The notes under the pieces were generated by a model. It saw only the letters and a program-made list of their open reading frames with translations, searched no databases and was not told the origin of the DNA. A DNA stretch of 64,000 nucleotides. Source: Anthoceros angustus (taxonomy: Eukaryota > Plantae > Anthocerotophyta). Positions 35,514 to 48,507 of this stretch are shown here, one piece after another; position 1 is the stretch's first letter, and each line of letters opens with the position of its first letter. Both the position numbers and the translations under genes were made by a program. Location of the stretch: contig MU008151.1 of the NCBI GenBank assembly GCA_010909165.1, positions 434,001-498,000 of the forward strand, in the 5' to 3' direction.

Positions 35514-38500
35514 TTACTCCCCATCACCAGAGACAAGGCCATAGACGACAACAGTCCTTGATGGAGAGTACACCTGGAATGAATGTGGGCGATCGTCATA
35601 CCAGCCCTCCTGCTCATCACAGACAAATTGGGTGGTCATTTCTTACAAGTGGAAAAAGGGAGCTCATGAGGTTCTCAGCAAAACCAAATGGAAACACATA
35701 GGTTGAAGGAAGAGAACTTACTGAGGAGAAGTAGTCAGCTTTGCTGTCTATTCTTCCAAACCCACCAAACCGAGATTCATCGGAGTCTAATAATATCTGC
35801 ACGAAGGACGGCTTCCAGGTCAAGGAGACGCACCAAGAACGATCCACTTCCGTGTGGATGGATGAGCAAAATCTTGACAGACACTTCTGGAGAGAGATAT
35901 TTCAGACTAAAACACTCCGGGAGGGGACAGTACCTTGTATTTACCGGGCTTGATGCAGCCCACTCGGTAATTTGTGTAGCTCTTCTCCCAGTGGAAGTTG
36001 AACACGAAAACCAGCTCTCCTTTTTCAAATATGATCACCCTGTCACCCTCATCTTTGCGGGAAATGTATTGATGGTCCGAGACCATAAACTGCAAGTTTA
36101 GTCGGACACAACAATGTGTAGCTTGTCCATTCAGAATTCCAGGGTACAGCTCGAGATTGAACATATAAGTTCATAGCTTGAGAGGATTGAAATCCAGAAA
36201 GGTCAAGCAAATACCTTGTATGTCTCCTCCAGCTTCTGCATGCTCGCGTCGAACTCCTGTAGCCGACTGTACCTGAGGTACGGTGCATCACCCTGCATGT
36301 AATCGAACACTTGACTCCAGTTAGTCTCTTCCTTGTACAGAAAGGTCAGAGGAAAACACCAGGTCGGAAGAAGGCTTTCACCAGATCAAATCGACGTCTG
36401 CATTTGTCGTAGCTGCCACCATTTCCAGGAACAAACTTCCCAGTTGGCAATACCTGGTCCCACCTGGGGAAATCAATCCACTCTGTCCAGGGAAACGACA
36501 GTGTTAAGACACGAGATACAAGGTGGAATACTAAACAACGTTCTGGTCAGGCTCGAGGGTATGTACCGGGGTGACCAAATTCGTTGCCCATAAAGTTCAA
36601 ATAACCTTCACCTCCCAGAGCCATAGTTATTAGCCGGATCATCTTGTGGAGGGCCATGCCTCTGTCAATTGCGGGAGTGCTTGGGCCATCTACTGCCATA
36701 AAGTGGTACATATCCTGGCCACAACAACAGGGACGATGAGCGGAGGAAGTTATGAGAGCTGCTACATCCTGCAGTGACGAGACTGTCCAAATGTGGTGGA
36801 ATTTATCTGACACCTCACCTTGTCCATTAGCCAAAATGCTAGGGTCTTATCTCCAACAAGAGCTTGATCATGGCTCTCAGCATATGCTACACATTTTTCC
36901 AGCCAACGTCTGTTGGTCAATGTGTACACAATATCACCCATTTTCCAATCTTCGTCCCTTTGCCTGCAGAAATTGCAAACACTTAGGGATTCATAGAGAT
37001 GGTTCTCCTTAATGCCTTAAGGAACACTCAGGCTCAAAACGAGCTTCAAACTTTTTTGATGACGCGGGAATTGGTGGAATCTGCAACTTACTTTGACAGT
37101 ATGTCAATCCATTTGTCCGCAATCGCCATTTGCAAACGATAGTCAAACCCAACTCCACCTTCGCTCACTGGTCGGCAGAACGTGGGCATACCGCTAACCT
37201 GCAACATTCCACACAGAAACACATTGTGCCACAGAATGAGTCCACTGAAAAATCCTGAAATCCCTCTACTCTAGCTGTCAAATAATCTCTTTCAGTAAGT
37301 TGCCTGGGCAGGGTGCCCCCATGTTTCAGCCAGACACATACATCTTCACCAATTGTGATGCTATCCGGGTAGAGACCATGTAGCAGGTCGTTGGCAATCA
37401 TCAAGTACACCACGGCATCAACATCAGTTGATAGCCCAAAATATTCCCCGTAATTGCCTGTAAACTCCATCTGATACAGAAAACAAGTCACATTAGACTG
37501 TGCGGTCTACCTTTTCTTCAGGCAAAAAGCTTATGCGTCTCAGATGAGGAACATGCCTGCAGACCATGATGGGTGTACATCATGGATGTTACTCCATCAA
37601 AACGGAATCCGTCAAACCTATACTCTTCCATCCACCAACGAAGATTGGACAGCAAAAACCTCATAACCTGCAAAATGAAGCAACACACAAAACATTAGAG
37701 AGCAAGTAGCTTGCAGAAATCTCCACCTAAGCAATCAATTGAGGATGGCCAAGACATCCAACCTCCCAGCTACCATAGTTGAACAGACGAGAATCCCACA
37801 TCCAATGATAGCCACGTGTCCCAGAGTGAAAGTAGTGGGAGTCCGTCCCATCAAACATGTTGAGACCGTCAAGCACATTGTTGGAAGCATGACTGCCAAG
37901 TCATACTGTGAGGAAACCAAACGAAATTGAAGCAGCCAAGTGATTCTCGTTAACATGTCATACGTTACAGAATGCGCACCTGTGAACAATATCCATCAGC
38001 ACAACAATGCCCAGCTCATGAGCCTTATCAATGAGACTCTTGAGTTCATCTGGTGTCCCACAGCGACTGCTCACTGCAAAGAAGTTTGTCACATGATATC
38101 TGCACATGTAAAGGCAATCAAGGGGTTCCTCAAACTCGGCTCCTCATTTTCAGCCACAAGATATAACAGCCCTCATACGAGACCGCGGCTCAGTATGACT
38201 GCTGACCTATCACGTGAGTGCCAGAAAAACAAGCATGCTCTACACTTTCGTGCTCATCCCCTCTCTCTCCAGTGCTGGAGAGAAGTTCTGCCGACTTTCA
38301 CAAAGACAAGTGGGAATATTCACATGAATGTTCTCGTCAGCCAGCATGAAAATATCAGACTTTTGGGCTGCAAGTTGGCTCTACACCACAAAGAAGAAAT
38401 ACAGGAAGGGTAAGATCTTCACCCGAAGCTGCCATAGTATGCATGTTCCTGGATGGCCATGAGCTGCACAGCATTATATCCAAGTCTTTTGATCCGTGGT

Positions 38501-40328
38501 AGCACATCATCCCTGAACTCTGCGTATGAATTGACCTTGGGCTCCTGCACAAGATACAACCCCATTGGTATGAACAGTGATGACCAGACATCCCCCATCC
38601 ATTCATAGAGCTTCAGATATGCTTCCTACTCAGGTACATACCGTACTGCTCATACCAACATGGGCCTCATAGATACGCAAAGATGTTGGCCGACTAGGTC
38701 GAGGATACTGGAAGGTGTACTTTTCCTGTGCACAGGCCAGAGACGATGAAATCAACCTTGAATATGTAAACGGAAGCCCGGGCCACCCTGCATCTGTGAT
38801 CATAGGTACAGATTTGCGTACCTCAGGAGGTGGGTCATAGTATATCCCATTGTAAGGTATCTCGCCCGGTGCTTGTACTGCAAACTTGATCCAAGCAGGA
38901 ATGGCATCCTTTGGGCCAGAGGGTGTAGTCATGTGAATCTGTTTACACACAGAGTTTAGGGATAGCTGCAATTCTTCATTGTTGTTTGGAAAGCACTCGG
39001 GGGCTACCTCAGATCGAGTGAACTACAATAGACTGTTCGTACCTTCACCCGAGAGCCATGGGGAATGGCAGGTGATCCATCTGCATTGTTCGGCAAGAAT
39101 ACTTCCCAAATGCCAAACTCATTCTGCAGAGCAACCAAAATTCTCTGCTTGAGGAATGCACCGATGGAAAGAAACATTAAGACATCGCAACAAACTTTCC
39201 TACAAAGTAGAAAACAGAGATCCATGTAGCACCTTCTTCATAGGATCTGCCGAGGCATTCCAGTTGTTGAAATCTCCTGTTAGAGAGGCACTCTGCACCA
39301 GCAGCACGGACACAGCTAAGACAGCATCACAGGTGGAAGCCACTGAGGTACCACAAGTTGCCATAAGCTTTCAAGCACAAGCGGCAGCGTTATGCTCAAG
39401 AATTCATAGTTCAGGACCAACCGTTGCTCCAGGTGCCCATTCTCTGTAGGTGATCCCCGCAGGGCTGCACATGCCAGACAACATGCAATCAGCATCCGCT
39501 GGACCCCACCACTCCCCAAGTTCCATACAGCAGAAAGTGAGGCCGACCTTGCGGTGAATCCCAGTTTCTCATATCCCCTGGAAAAAGCCTCCAGCCCGCC
39601 TTCATGTTGGTCGATTGCATGCCTCGTCTTCTTGTACTGTGAATATCTGCGTCAGTGTACAAGGCACGAGGTAACTGATCACATGACATCACATCAAAGT
39701 CGTGCTCCTCTTTCCAGTGCGATTCAAAGTGCAGACAATTGTGCACCTGTACTCCAGATGGTCCTTGTGATTCCTCAGATATGGGTCAATCTCGTAAATC
39801 CTCTGCCCATCTCCCGGCGGGGGCACCACCGTGGGGAGGCTCTCAATGTACGATATCGACTGCCGCAATCTCTCGTTCTCGTCCCGCAGAGACTGCACAT
39901 GCCCAGCAATGTGCATTCCCACAACGTCACCACAAGCCCAAGCCCAAGCCCGTGCGGCACGCAATTGCATCACAGAGAGCAGACAGGCGCCATCTCCAGT
40001 TGGGCTGAACCTGAATTTTCTGGGCGATTATCTCAGTTTCCTCCAGCCCATCGGCAGCGTCCACTGTCGCAGACGCAGCGTCAGCCGGCGACGCCTCGGC
40101 CCGTACAATCCTGGCCCAGGGGGCTGCCAGGCACCGGGTTCCTGGTGCTATTCTGTTCCTAAGACTGGTGAAATTGCCGGACGTGGAGAGCAGCTTGGGC
40201 GGCGGGCAGGAGGGTCTGAAACCTGCTCTGGCTGAGGAGGAGGAGGAGGAGGAGCAGGGGCAGAGGGACGCCCTGGTGCAATGCGAGGCTGCTGTGGAGG
40301 GAGCCGGTCTGGGCACGGTCCAGGCCAT
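35514..40328 (-). CDS. SBE2: Starch branching enzyme II (GH13), plastid-targeted, multi-exon
   Basis: Ser-rich transit peptide from MAWTVPR; [126 protein letters not shown]. Confidence 0.95.
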
Positions 40329-41285
40329 CCTCCCAGAACAATGCCACCTTCGGCTCCCCCAGCTACCCTTCAACTCCAAGTTCAAATCCTGCTCTCCTTG
40401 GTCCTCCACAGCTTGCTGTTGTCACAGATGGACTTGTCAATGCATATCACGCTCCGACTACATAGGTATATCGTATCCACCACAAAGATGCGCTTGGAGC
40501 TCCATGTCAGACTCCCGGAAACGGACCCATCCACTTACCAAGGCAGTTATTTCACAAATGTAAACAACAGCCTCATATACAGCTCCGTGGAATTAGGCTC
40601 GCTCAACAATCTGTCTCGCTGCTGCTGGGCAAAGGACAAACACCTCGGATTGCGATCACTTCCCTCCATGTCCTCGTTCTTATTCTTATGTTTCACCTTT
40701 TATTGATTAAGTCTCTTGCTTTTTGTGGTGTGATCATTAACATGATAGTGCTCCCTCTTTTTGCTATGGTAAGACATGAACACACATGAAAGGAGGGCAC
40801 CTACATAGATAGTTCTAATCCTATGCTACGATAGATGATAAGGTCTACTGTAAAGCTTTACAACGTTCATCAATCCCAGACATGCCGGAGGTCTCTAAGA
40901 TAGTAACTAATCCGTTATGGGACTGTGCTGTAACTGAATAGAATGTCCTAGTGATGAGATTATGCGGCAGGGAACAGTCCATGGTTTTTGTGGCTAAAAG
41001 GGGGACACGTGGAATGGAGTGAGACGAGGGACGCGTGTCTTGGACTCATGTCGGAATTGGAAACCACATAAAATGGACCTTCTTACATGTTTTTGGAGCT
41101 AAAGGCATTCTCAAATGTTCTACCTGGACTCTCTCCCTATGTTACAGTATCCTGTTTCTCGTAGATTGGGCTAGTGTGGATGAATGTGGTATCCAGGATC
41201 ACACACGGGCTGTCAATGATCTAGAGACTGTTGTTGATTGACGAAAGCTGTCAAGATGTACGGTTTAGCCTGGCAGGCAATGTGA

Positions 41286-42284
41286 TCAGCTACCTCTGGT
41301 AAAAATTGCCTCTAGCCTTTCCAGGGAACCGTGGAGGTGACCAATGTTCATTCCAAGCATGGGCTCACCAGTGCCCAGTCCACCATGGATGTCAGGCAAG
41401 GAGTATTCTGCATTCCAGCCCACACGGAAATCCAGACCAGGACAGGCAGGAAACGATGTTTTATGCTGGATCTGGGTGACAGTGGAGCCCCCCAAAGATG
41501 TGGCCAGCTTCCACTTCCAACCTGTTGTGCCGTCTTGGAAATTGTGACCCAAGCCAACTTGCAGGTTCACCCAGGGACAGAGAGGGATTTTCTTCGTCAG
41601 CAAACGGACATCGGTGAACTGGGGCTCCCAGATCACCTTCCACTTCCGATCGGTTGCAGCCGGTTTCAACACAAGCTTCGTGTCGAGTCCCTGGGCTTGG
41701 AAGCCAAGGACAGAGAGGCGAGGGGGAGAGCTCCCAGAACCGACAAGGTCTGCCTTTCCCAAACCTGTTATCCTCAAGTTCGCTCCAATCCTGTACCCTT
41801 GCAAGTGCTGCCGGAACTTCACATGGTACTCCTTCGGATTCCAATCTATGCTGTAAAAGTCCCACAACCATGACAGATTCCCGCAGCTGCCTGTCTGGAC
41901 CAGAGAGGGCTGCTGCCCTACAGAGATGTGATGCTGCTGCTGCTGCTGCTGCTGCTGGCATGGCTCTTGGTGAAAATCGTGTTGCACGGGCAGACAGGCC
42001 TGCCGCCGATCATATGAGACCGAAGTACTGTAGGATGGACCCTGTTCTTGCACCATGAGATGCATCGGTGGCGCCGAAGGCTGCACAGGCTCTCTGACGA
42101 AATCGTTCACAGAAGCAGGGCTTCGTCGCCGTTGCTGAATTCTCTCTTTCAGCCTGGTGAACAAACTGGATATCCTCCGCGCCCCGCCCTTTCTGCGGGC
42201 CTTGCTCCCCGCCGCTTTCTCCTTTTCTGTCAGCACATGGACAGACCCATATGACACTCCAGCGGATATAGATCGCTTCTCCAT
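41286..42284 (-). CDS. Conserved uncharacterised plant protein (resembles the Arabidopsis At5g11280-type family, from recall), intronless, with a basic/polyQ N-terminal extension
   Basis: 332-aa ORF. C-terminal KLVLKP..RKWK.IWEP..DVRLLTKKIP..NLQVGLGHNF..GWKWKL..GWNAEYSLP..GTGEP..SLERLEAI is beta-strand-rich; a (CAG)n polyQ tract lies near 41932-41956. Confidence 0.8.
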   Translation of the reverse strand: MEKRSISAGVSYGSVHVLTEKEKAAGSKARRKGGARRISSLFTRLKERIQQRRRSPASVNDFVREPVQPSAPPMHLMVQEQGPSYSTSVSYDRRQACLPVQHDFHQEPCQQQQQQQQHHISVGQQPSLVQTGSCGNLSWLWDFYSIDWNPKEYHVKFRQHLQGYRIGANLRITGLGKADLVGSGSSPPRLSVLGFQAQGLDTKLVLKPAATDRKWKVIWEPQFTDVRLLTKKIPLCPWVNLQVGLGHNFQDGTTGWKWKLATSLGGSTVTQIQHKTSFPACPGLDFRVGWNAEYSLPDIHGGLGTGEPMLGMNIGHLHGSLERLEAIFTRGS

Positions 42285-42804
42285 AAAGCACCAGCATCAA
42301 GCCTCGGATGGCGGCACCAAGCCATTCTCAAACTGCTGCACCGTTGCCAGATCTGGCTTCACGAACCTCAGACTTCACGCCACACATAGGTATCTCACAC
42401 AACACTAACCGCATCACGAACTCCCACCAAATCAGCTCGCGGGGCAAACAGATTTCTCGTGCAACCAGCAGATGCGCCGCAACTCCTCCCTGTCTGATCT
42501 CGCAATCAACAGCGGGTTGCTGCGAGATTCGCAAAAACCTTTCTCAAGTTGCAGCAAGATTGAAGTTTCCAAGTGCCCTGCCATTTATACCACCTGACAC
42601 TCGCCGTCCTGCGTTCTGTAACCTCGGGAATCCGGCGAATGGTGAGAAGTGACGTTGGAAGTGCGGGAAGCATAGGTTGAAATCTGCCACAGGTTCCTTA
42701 GTGCTGGATTTGAATGGGATTACAGGAAGTTGAGGACTGTCACACTCGAGCATCGTGTGCAAGGTGAGGAGGCTGAGAAAGAGGAGCGGTAGCAGGGGCC
42801 GGAC

Positions 42805-43831
42805 ATGGACAAGGTGAAGAGCCTGCTCAAGCCCAAGCCCTCTCCCCAGGAGCAGCTGCGGGAATGGCAACGCAAGCTGCGGCAAGAAGGGCGCACCATC
42901 GAGCGGCAAATTCGAGACATACAACGAGAAGAGAAGAACGTCCAGAAGTCTATCCGAGAAGCAGCAAAGCGGAACGACATGACATCCGCCAAGGTGATCC
43001 ACGGCTTCGTCTTCTTGGCTCTTTGAACCTAAGGCTCTTCCCTCCTGACACGACGGATGTCTATGTGTGCCACACGGTTTTGCTGCAGTCTCTGGCAAGA
43101 GAGCTGGTCGGCTCCAGGAGAGTGGTAGCACGGCTGTATGAAAACAGGGCTCAATTGAACTCTCTGTCGATGCATCTTGGAGAAAGCGTGGGTAAGTGAG
43201 TGGTGAGTCATCTGGAGACGTAATTCTGTGCTGCCATGAGAGGCTGCTGCCTGATCTCATCCCATGTCTCTGCAGCAACTGTCAGGGTTGTAGGACACCT
43301 GTCGAAGAGCACAGAGGTGATGAAGCTGGTGAACGGCCTTGTTAAGGCACCGGAAATATCTACGCAGATGCAAGAGTTATCCAAGGAATTGATGAAGGTA
43401 GGGCTTCTCAGTTGGTGCATTTGCGAAGCATTGATTCGAGGGTCACGGTCTGTGAAATTGCTCTTCAGGCGGGGGTTGTGGAAGAGATGGTGAACGAGTC
43501 TCTGGAATCAGCCCTGGATTCTGATGACATCGAAGAGGAAACTGAGGTGGAGGTCGATAAGGTTCTGTCTGAACTAGCTGGGGAAACAGCTGCACAGCTG
43601 CCCACAGCCGCGAGAAAGGAAAAGCAGAAGCAGCAGGCTGCAGAAGAACCATCAGAACAGGAGGTTGGTTTCTGTTACTGCCCTATGTCGGATGGTTCTA
43701 AGCATTTCTATTTCCGCCAGTCTCATAGTGATGTTTTCTTGACCGCATTGCAGCAACAAGCTGTGGGAGAGGATGACGAAGCAGCTGAACTTGAAGCATT
43801 GCGTGCTCGACTCGCCAGTGTGAGATCGTAG
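42805..43831 (+). CDS. VPS24: ESCRT-III subunit VPS24/CHMP3
   Basis: KPKPSPQEQLREWQRKLRQE.R.IERQIRDIQREEK, AQLNSLSMHLGES, GHLSKSTEVMKLVN, MQELSKELMK|AGVVEEMVNE, EVDKVLSELAGET, LRARLASVRS*. Confidence 0.95.
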
Positions 43832-44345
43832 CTGAGGGCGGGTCTCATTTTACTGCCCCCCAAATCATGCTTACTCAAAGTACTTGATAGGGTTTCCATC
43901 ATGATCTACTTCTTCTCACCAAGGCCAGAGCAAGCAATTCAAAGACTCACAAGTCTGACAACAACAGGAAGGCTTGCCTGTTTGTTGTGTACACATTCAT
44001 CAAGAGCATTCAAGTATTTACCAGTTGTCAAGATGGTGTCAGCAGCTGTACTGAGGACTCCAGGGACATCTTGTCTCCCAGCTCTACCGCTGTTGCCAGA
44101 TTGTTGCATTGTAGTCCTGGCTCAGGTTATGCCGCTAGTCAGGTCTTTGTACTAGCATAAGAACAGTTATGTCAAGAGGGAGGAAGAGTATCTACTCTTT
44201 GCACTACTCACCCCCAATTTTCATGAATGAGAAACTCACCACATGGGTCTCCAATAACCCCTTCGTACACCCACCTGCAAACCAAAGCCAATCTTGTATA
44301 AATGTCTTACACCAGACTACTGGCAGTGGAGAGGAGAAGACAAGA

Positions 44346-45903
44346 ATGGCGATGTGCTACAGTTCCAGCATCGGCCTGGCGGGGCTCTCGTCGGCTCAGA
44401 CTGGCCATGTGTGTTGCTGGCCGGCTTCCATAGCGACAGGTGAACAAGTTTGAGTGCGTGGACACGTGAGCCTCTTCTGGCCCCCAACTTCTTCCTTTAG
44501 CGAACAAGGAAGTTCAAATGTGCTTCAGCGTTGTCACACAATGAGGAAATTGTTGTCCAGGATGGGTTCAGGGTTCTGGCCAGATTCCTCGAGCTCCCAG
44601 GGCAAATGCATCGGCCGTGAGGTTTGCCAGAGCAGAGGCTTCCGATGCCAGCGCTCCTCAACATGCTCCAGTCTGGTCCAGACGAGACCTGGCCATCCAG
44701 ACGCTTGTGGGGGGCACGTTTCTCGGTAAGTCCCTTGTCTGCACTGGAGAAGGCTGCAGCAGGAGTAGACTGGTGTGACCTTCGGCCGCTGTATGTATGT
44801 ATGCCCGCAGCATCCTGGGCTGCTACTGAAGACCCAGCTGAAGCCGTATCCACCAGCAGAAGAGCTGTAAGCTGTACAGTCTGAAGCCAGAATTGCATTT
44901 GCGGCTTCCCTGTTTTGGAAGACAGCTCAACCTTGTTGGGTGCTGTATGCAGCTCAGGGGTGAACAGGTTCCCGAGAGTGAGTACAAGACTCTGCCCAGC
45001 GGCCTCAAGTGAGATGCAACCAACAGACATGCACTGCGAATGCCATGTGTTGTAATTTCCGTTTGCATCCTGTGCCTGCTTACCCCCGGTGTCTGCTTAC
45101 AGCCCTCTCTCCTTTAATCCTTGCCAGATACTATGACCTGAAAGTTGGAGGTGGGGAGACTGCGGTTAAGGGCTCAAGAGTTGCGGTTGGTGATACTCCT
45201 CAGTAGGATAAAGACGATGGATGTAATGCGCATCTGCTCTGAAACTCTGTGTTGCTCACGTGAGGGATATCAAGCTCAACGAGACCCTCCTCTCCTCCCC
45301 TTCTTCTCAATGCAGATTCACTATGTCGCAAAGTGGAAAGGGTTAACATTCATGACAAGCAGGCAAGGCATGGGTGTCACAGGGGGCACTGTAAGTATTT
45401 GCACATGATGCATGCCATCTTTTGTGATGCAACTTTTTTTTCACCACGTGTCATGTCATGCAGCCGTATGGATTCGACGTCGGAACTTCTGAACAAGGAC
45501 TGGTCTTGAAGGGCCTTGATGAGGGAGTCCTGGGCATGAGAGTAGGCGGCCAGGTGAGAATCACAAGTCATGGAGTGGTTTCTTTTCCCACGTTGTTGCA
45601 TGGTTGTTGACCCTTCTCTCTGCCCATATCCACATTGCAGCGTCTGCTCATTGTACCACCTGGACTAGCATATGGCAAAAGAGCGGTGCAGGAACTCCCA
45701 CCAAACTCTACCCTAGAGGTACCTACTTCGTCTCCGCCTCTACACTCTTTTAGGAATTGTGTTTCAGTGAAACCTGCGTGCATGGTCCTCTTGTGTTTTT
45801 ATGTTTGATCTGTATCCAACCTTGACCTTTGCAGTTCAATGTGGAGCTGCTGAGCATCAAGCAGAATGCGTTTGGGTCACTCGTGAAGCTCGTAGAAGGG
45901 TAG
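44346..45903 (+). CDS. FKBP16-4: Chloroplast thylakoid-lumen FKBP-type PPIase (FKBP16-4-like)
   Basis: EAVSTSRRA|LRGEQVPESEYKTLPSGLK|YYDLKVGGG..KGSRVA|IHYVAKWKGLTFMTSRQGMGV.GGT|PYGFDVG..LKGLDEGVLGMRVGGQ|RLLIVPPGLAYG..NSTLE|..VELLSIKQ..VKLVEG*. Confidence 0.9.
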
Positions 45904-46268
45904 TCCTTCGTGTCCCGTGCATTTTATTCTGTTCCATAAGGCCTCAAGCTGTTGTGGACGCTTACACCGTTGGCGTGCGTATCGCACTCTTTCATTGATT
46001 TGCGCTTCTATCCAAAGCCCTCTTTCAGATCGAAACGTCAAACTGCCTGTCATTTCCACCGGCTATGCTCGAAAGGAAAGGGAGACTTTATTATAAAAGA
46101 GAGAATGAAGGAGAAGAAGAAGAATTTTATTTAAGTCCACCGAGGACGGATTTCCGTGATGGGACTTGGTACTTAACAACTTGTACCATGGTATGCTTAA
46201 GCTACTTGCACCAAGGGCATCTATTCCTTTAGGCACCCCATCTAAGTACCGATCCAAGCGCAAGATAC

Positions 46269-46333
46269 TTAATAAGCACGTTCTTATAAATGTGTGTCCA
46301 ATGGACACACATTTATAAGAATGTGGTTATTAA
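46269..46333. repeat. Near-perfect 65-bp palindrome (20-bp perfect core arms, 1-nt spacer), with TTAA at both ends
   Basis: ttcttataaatgtgtgtcca-a-tggacacacatttataagaa (46281-46321), extendable to 32-bp arms with 2 mismatches. Confidence 0.9.
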
Positions 46334-46514
46334 TCATGGGAAAAACCTATCCACCCCAAAAACAAAAGGGGGAAAAACCCAACGAAAAGCACCTTGCCAG
46401 GGGGACTAGCCCGGCTATGCTCCGGGTTACACATAACACTTTACATATGTTGTATAGCAACATATGGATCTAACACAAGACTAGACGTCTGCACTTGTTA
46501 TGTTTAAATAATAC

Positions 46515-46570
46515 GTCGAGTTGGTCTAAGACATGTTCGGGAAGACATGGGTTCGAATCCCAGTCTGACA
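46515..46570 (+). pseudogene. tRNA-Leu-derived relic (D-loop plus T-arm/3' acceptor; anticodon arm and 5' acceptor strand missing)
   Basis: GTCGAGTTGGTCTAAGAC..TGGGTTCGAATCCCAGTCTGACA matches eukaryotic tRNA-Leu GCCGAGTTGGTCTAAGGCG..TGGGTTCGAATCCCAC..CTGACA (recalled consensus), but cannot fold a full cloverleaf. Confidence 0.6.
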
Positions 46571-46745
46571 TTACAAATGTGGACTATTCTGAAAATAATA
46601 GTCGTATTATTTGGAGAATAATAATCTTTGTGTATATTAATTGTTCTTTGTAGTTAGTTCGAATCTCAGTGTGCCGTTACAAATGTGGATTATTCTGAAA
46701 ATAATAGTCGGATTATTTGGAGAATAATAATCTTTGTGTACTTTA
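46547..46745 (+). repeat. Tandem duplication of an approximately 107-bp unit beginning with the tRNA T-arm
   Basis: ttacaaatgtgga(c/t)tattctgaaaataatagtcg..attatt..ggagaataataatctttgtgta occurs twice; each copy is preceded by gttcgaatc(c/t)cagt. Confidence 0.85.
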
Positions 46746-46991
46746 TTTGTTTTTTGTAGTTAATCCCAGACCTTCGGCCCTTGTTTGAAGCCGGGGACCA
46801 GGACGTTTGGCAAACATACCTGCTTGCATGCCGGTCATGGTGATTTTGACCCGAAATGGCAAACATTGCGTTCGGCATGTCGTGCACGATAATTTTTACC
46901 CAAAGAGATCGAGATCGAGATCAAAGACGCCTTCTAATCCCACTCAAAACCAGGGACTTTTGGCAAACATTGCGGTTTTATCTTCGTTTGC

Positions 46992-47200
46992 TGAAGTTTG
47001 CTTAGCGAGTTGTAGGGTAGAAGTCCCAAACTATGCAAAGATGCTCGTACATGTGGACATGGGCGTTGAAGTTTGCTCAGCGAGTTGTGAGATAAAAGTC
47101 TCAAACAATGCAAAGATGCTCATACTTGGGAACATGGGCACCTGCGAGCTCTGAGGGAGAAGTCCCAAACCATGCAAAGATTCTCGTGTTCGGGGACATG
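46992..47200 (+). repeat. Three tandem copies of an approximately 72-75-bp unit
   Basis: gcgagttgt..aagtc(c/t)caaac..atgcaaagat(g/t)ctc..gacatgg repeated three times. Confidence 0.8.
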
Positions 47201-48507
47201 GTATCATTGCTAAGATGGCCTTGAAAATTAGTGACCGAGCATTGAGTTGGATTCTTTTCTTAAAAAGACATGGGTTTATAGAAGCAAGGACGCTGGTAAT
47301 TCTGAAGTTGAGACTATCAAGATGCTATTGTTTTTTATTCGTTATTATTAAATAATAATAACTCATAAAAAAATAGGCAAAAACTACGCCCGGCGTTCTA
47401 AGGTTAAATGAACCCCAGCAATTGCAAACTGGTTTTCATGGCGTCTCTCTCTCGATTCCTAAATATATCAGTGACTATGACTTACCTTCGGTGGGAGCCT
47501 CTTCTAGCCATCCTCTTTTGTAGTGTGTCAATCGCTTTCGTCATGTTGTAGCTTCGTGTGGCAAGCGCTTGGATCATTATTAAGCATTCCTCGTCCGTAA
47601 GCTCTCTTTACCCTATTGAGCTAGGTTGATTCGCCACTAGTGTCTCTAGTTCTTTAGTCCTCGTCCTTGCTGATTTTAAGCACTGCTTTAACTCGTCACA
47701 CTTATCCAACACTAGCTGAAGATGCAACAAAAGGTCCTTATCAGAAGTAGTGGGCACATGTCGCCTTGTGTTTGCAGTCGTGGATGTCTTTCCCTCTGAT
47801 TCTGCAAGATACTCGTATCCGGGGCGTACATCCCACATCGGCCTCCTTAGCTCCAGCTCTTCAGTCTTAGGCTATTTGGCCTCTAGTTCTATTTTTGCAT
47901 CCTGGTTCTTCTTCTTCTGGCTTGATAGCCCATAGCTTTTGGTTCTTGCTATCCTTCCCGCAAAGCACTTCATAGCGATAAGAATGACGGCATGCATCAT
48001 GAAGAGGGCGCTCCATGAATCCATCTCCACCGACACGAGCGAGAAGTTGGAACGTCAGTCATGGTACCCTTGTGTGATTAGTGAAATTCAAAATACCTAA
48101 CCCGTCGAGGTTAAGTGGGAGTATCAAATATCTTAACTGAAGATAAGAATAACCTGCTTAGGTTAGTTACTCAACCAATATACTTTAATACTAGTTGTAT
48201 ATATAAGGTACTATAATCTTCATTTAATTTAAGTTTTGTTCATCCTCCTCTAGCGTGTTCGCTTGCTTGCTTATCAAATCCGCACTCGAGGATTTTAGTC
48301 ATGAAAGTACATGTGTTAACATTCGCTAAATAAAATAACATATGTTGAAGGTCAACAACATGTTTCTCCTTGAAGCATGGTGTGTTCGTTAAAGCTCAAA
48401 GGCATACGTAGAGGCCCCGGTTCTAAAAGTAAACACAAAGTTTTTTGTTTGCAACGTTCAAAGTTTGAGAGACAAATTGCAGCTAGTCTTGCGACTCAAG
48501 GGAATCG

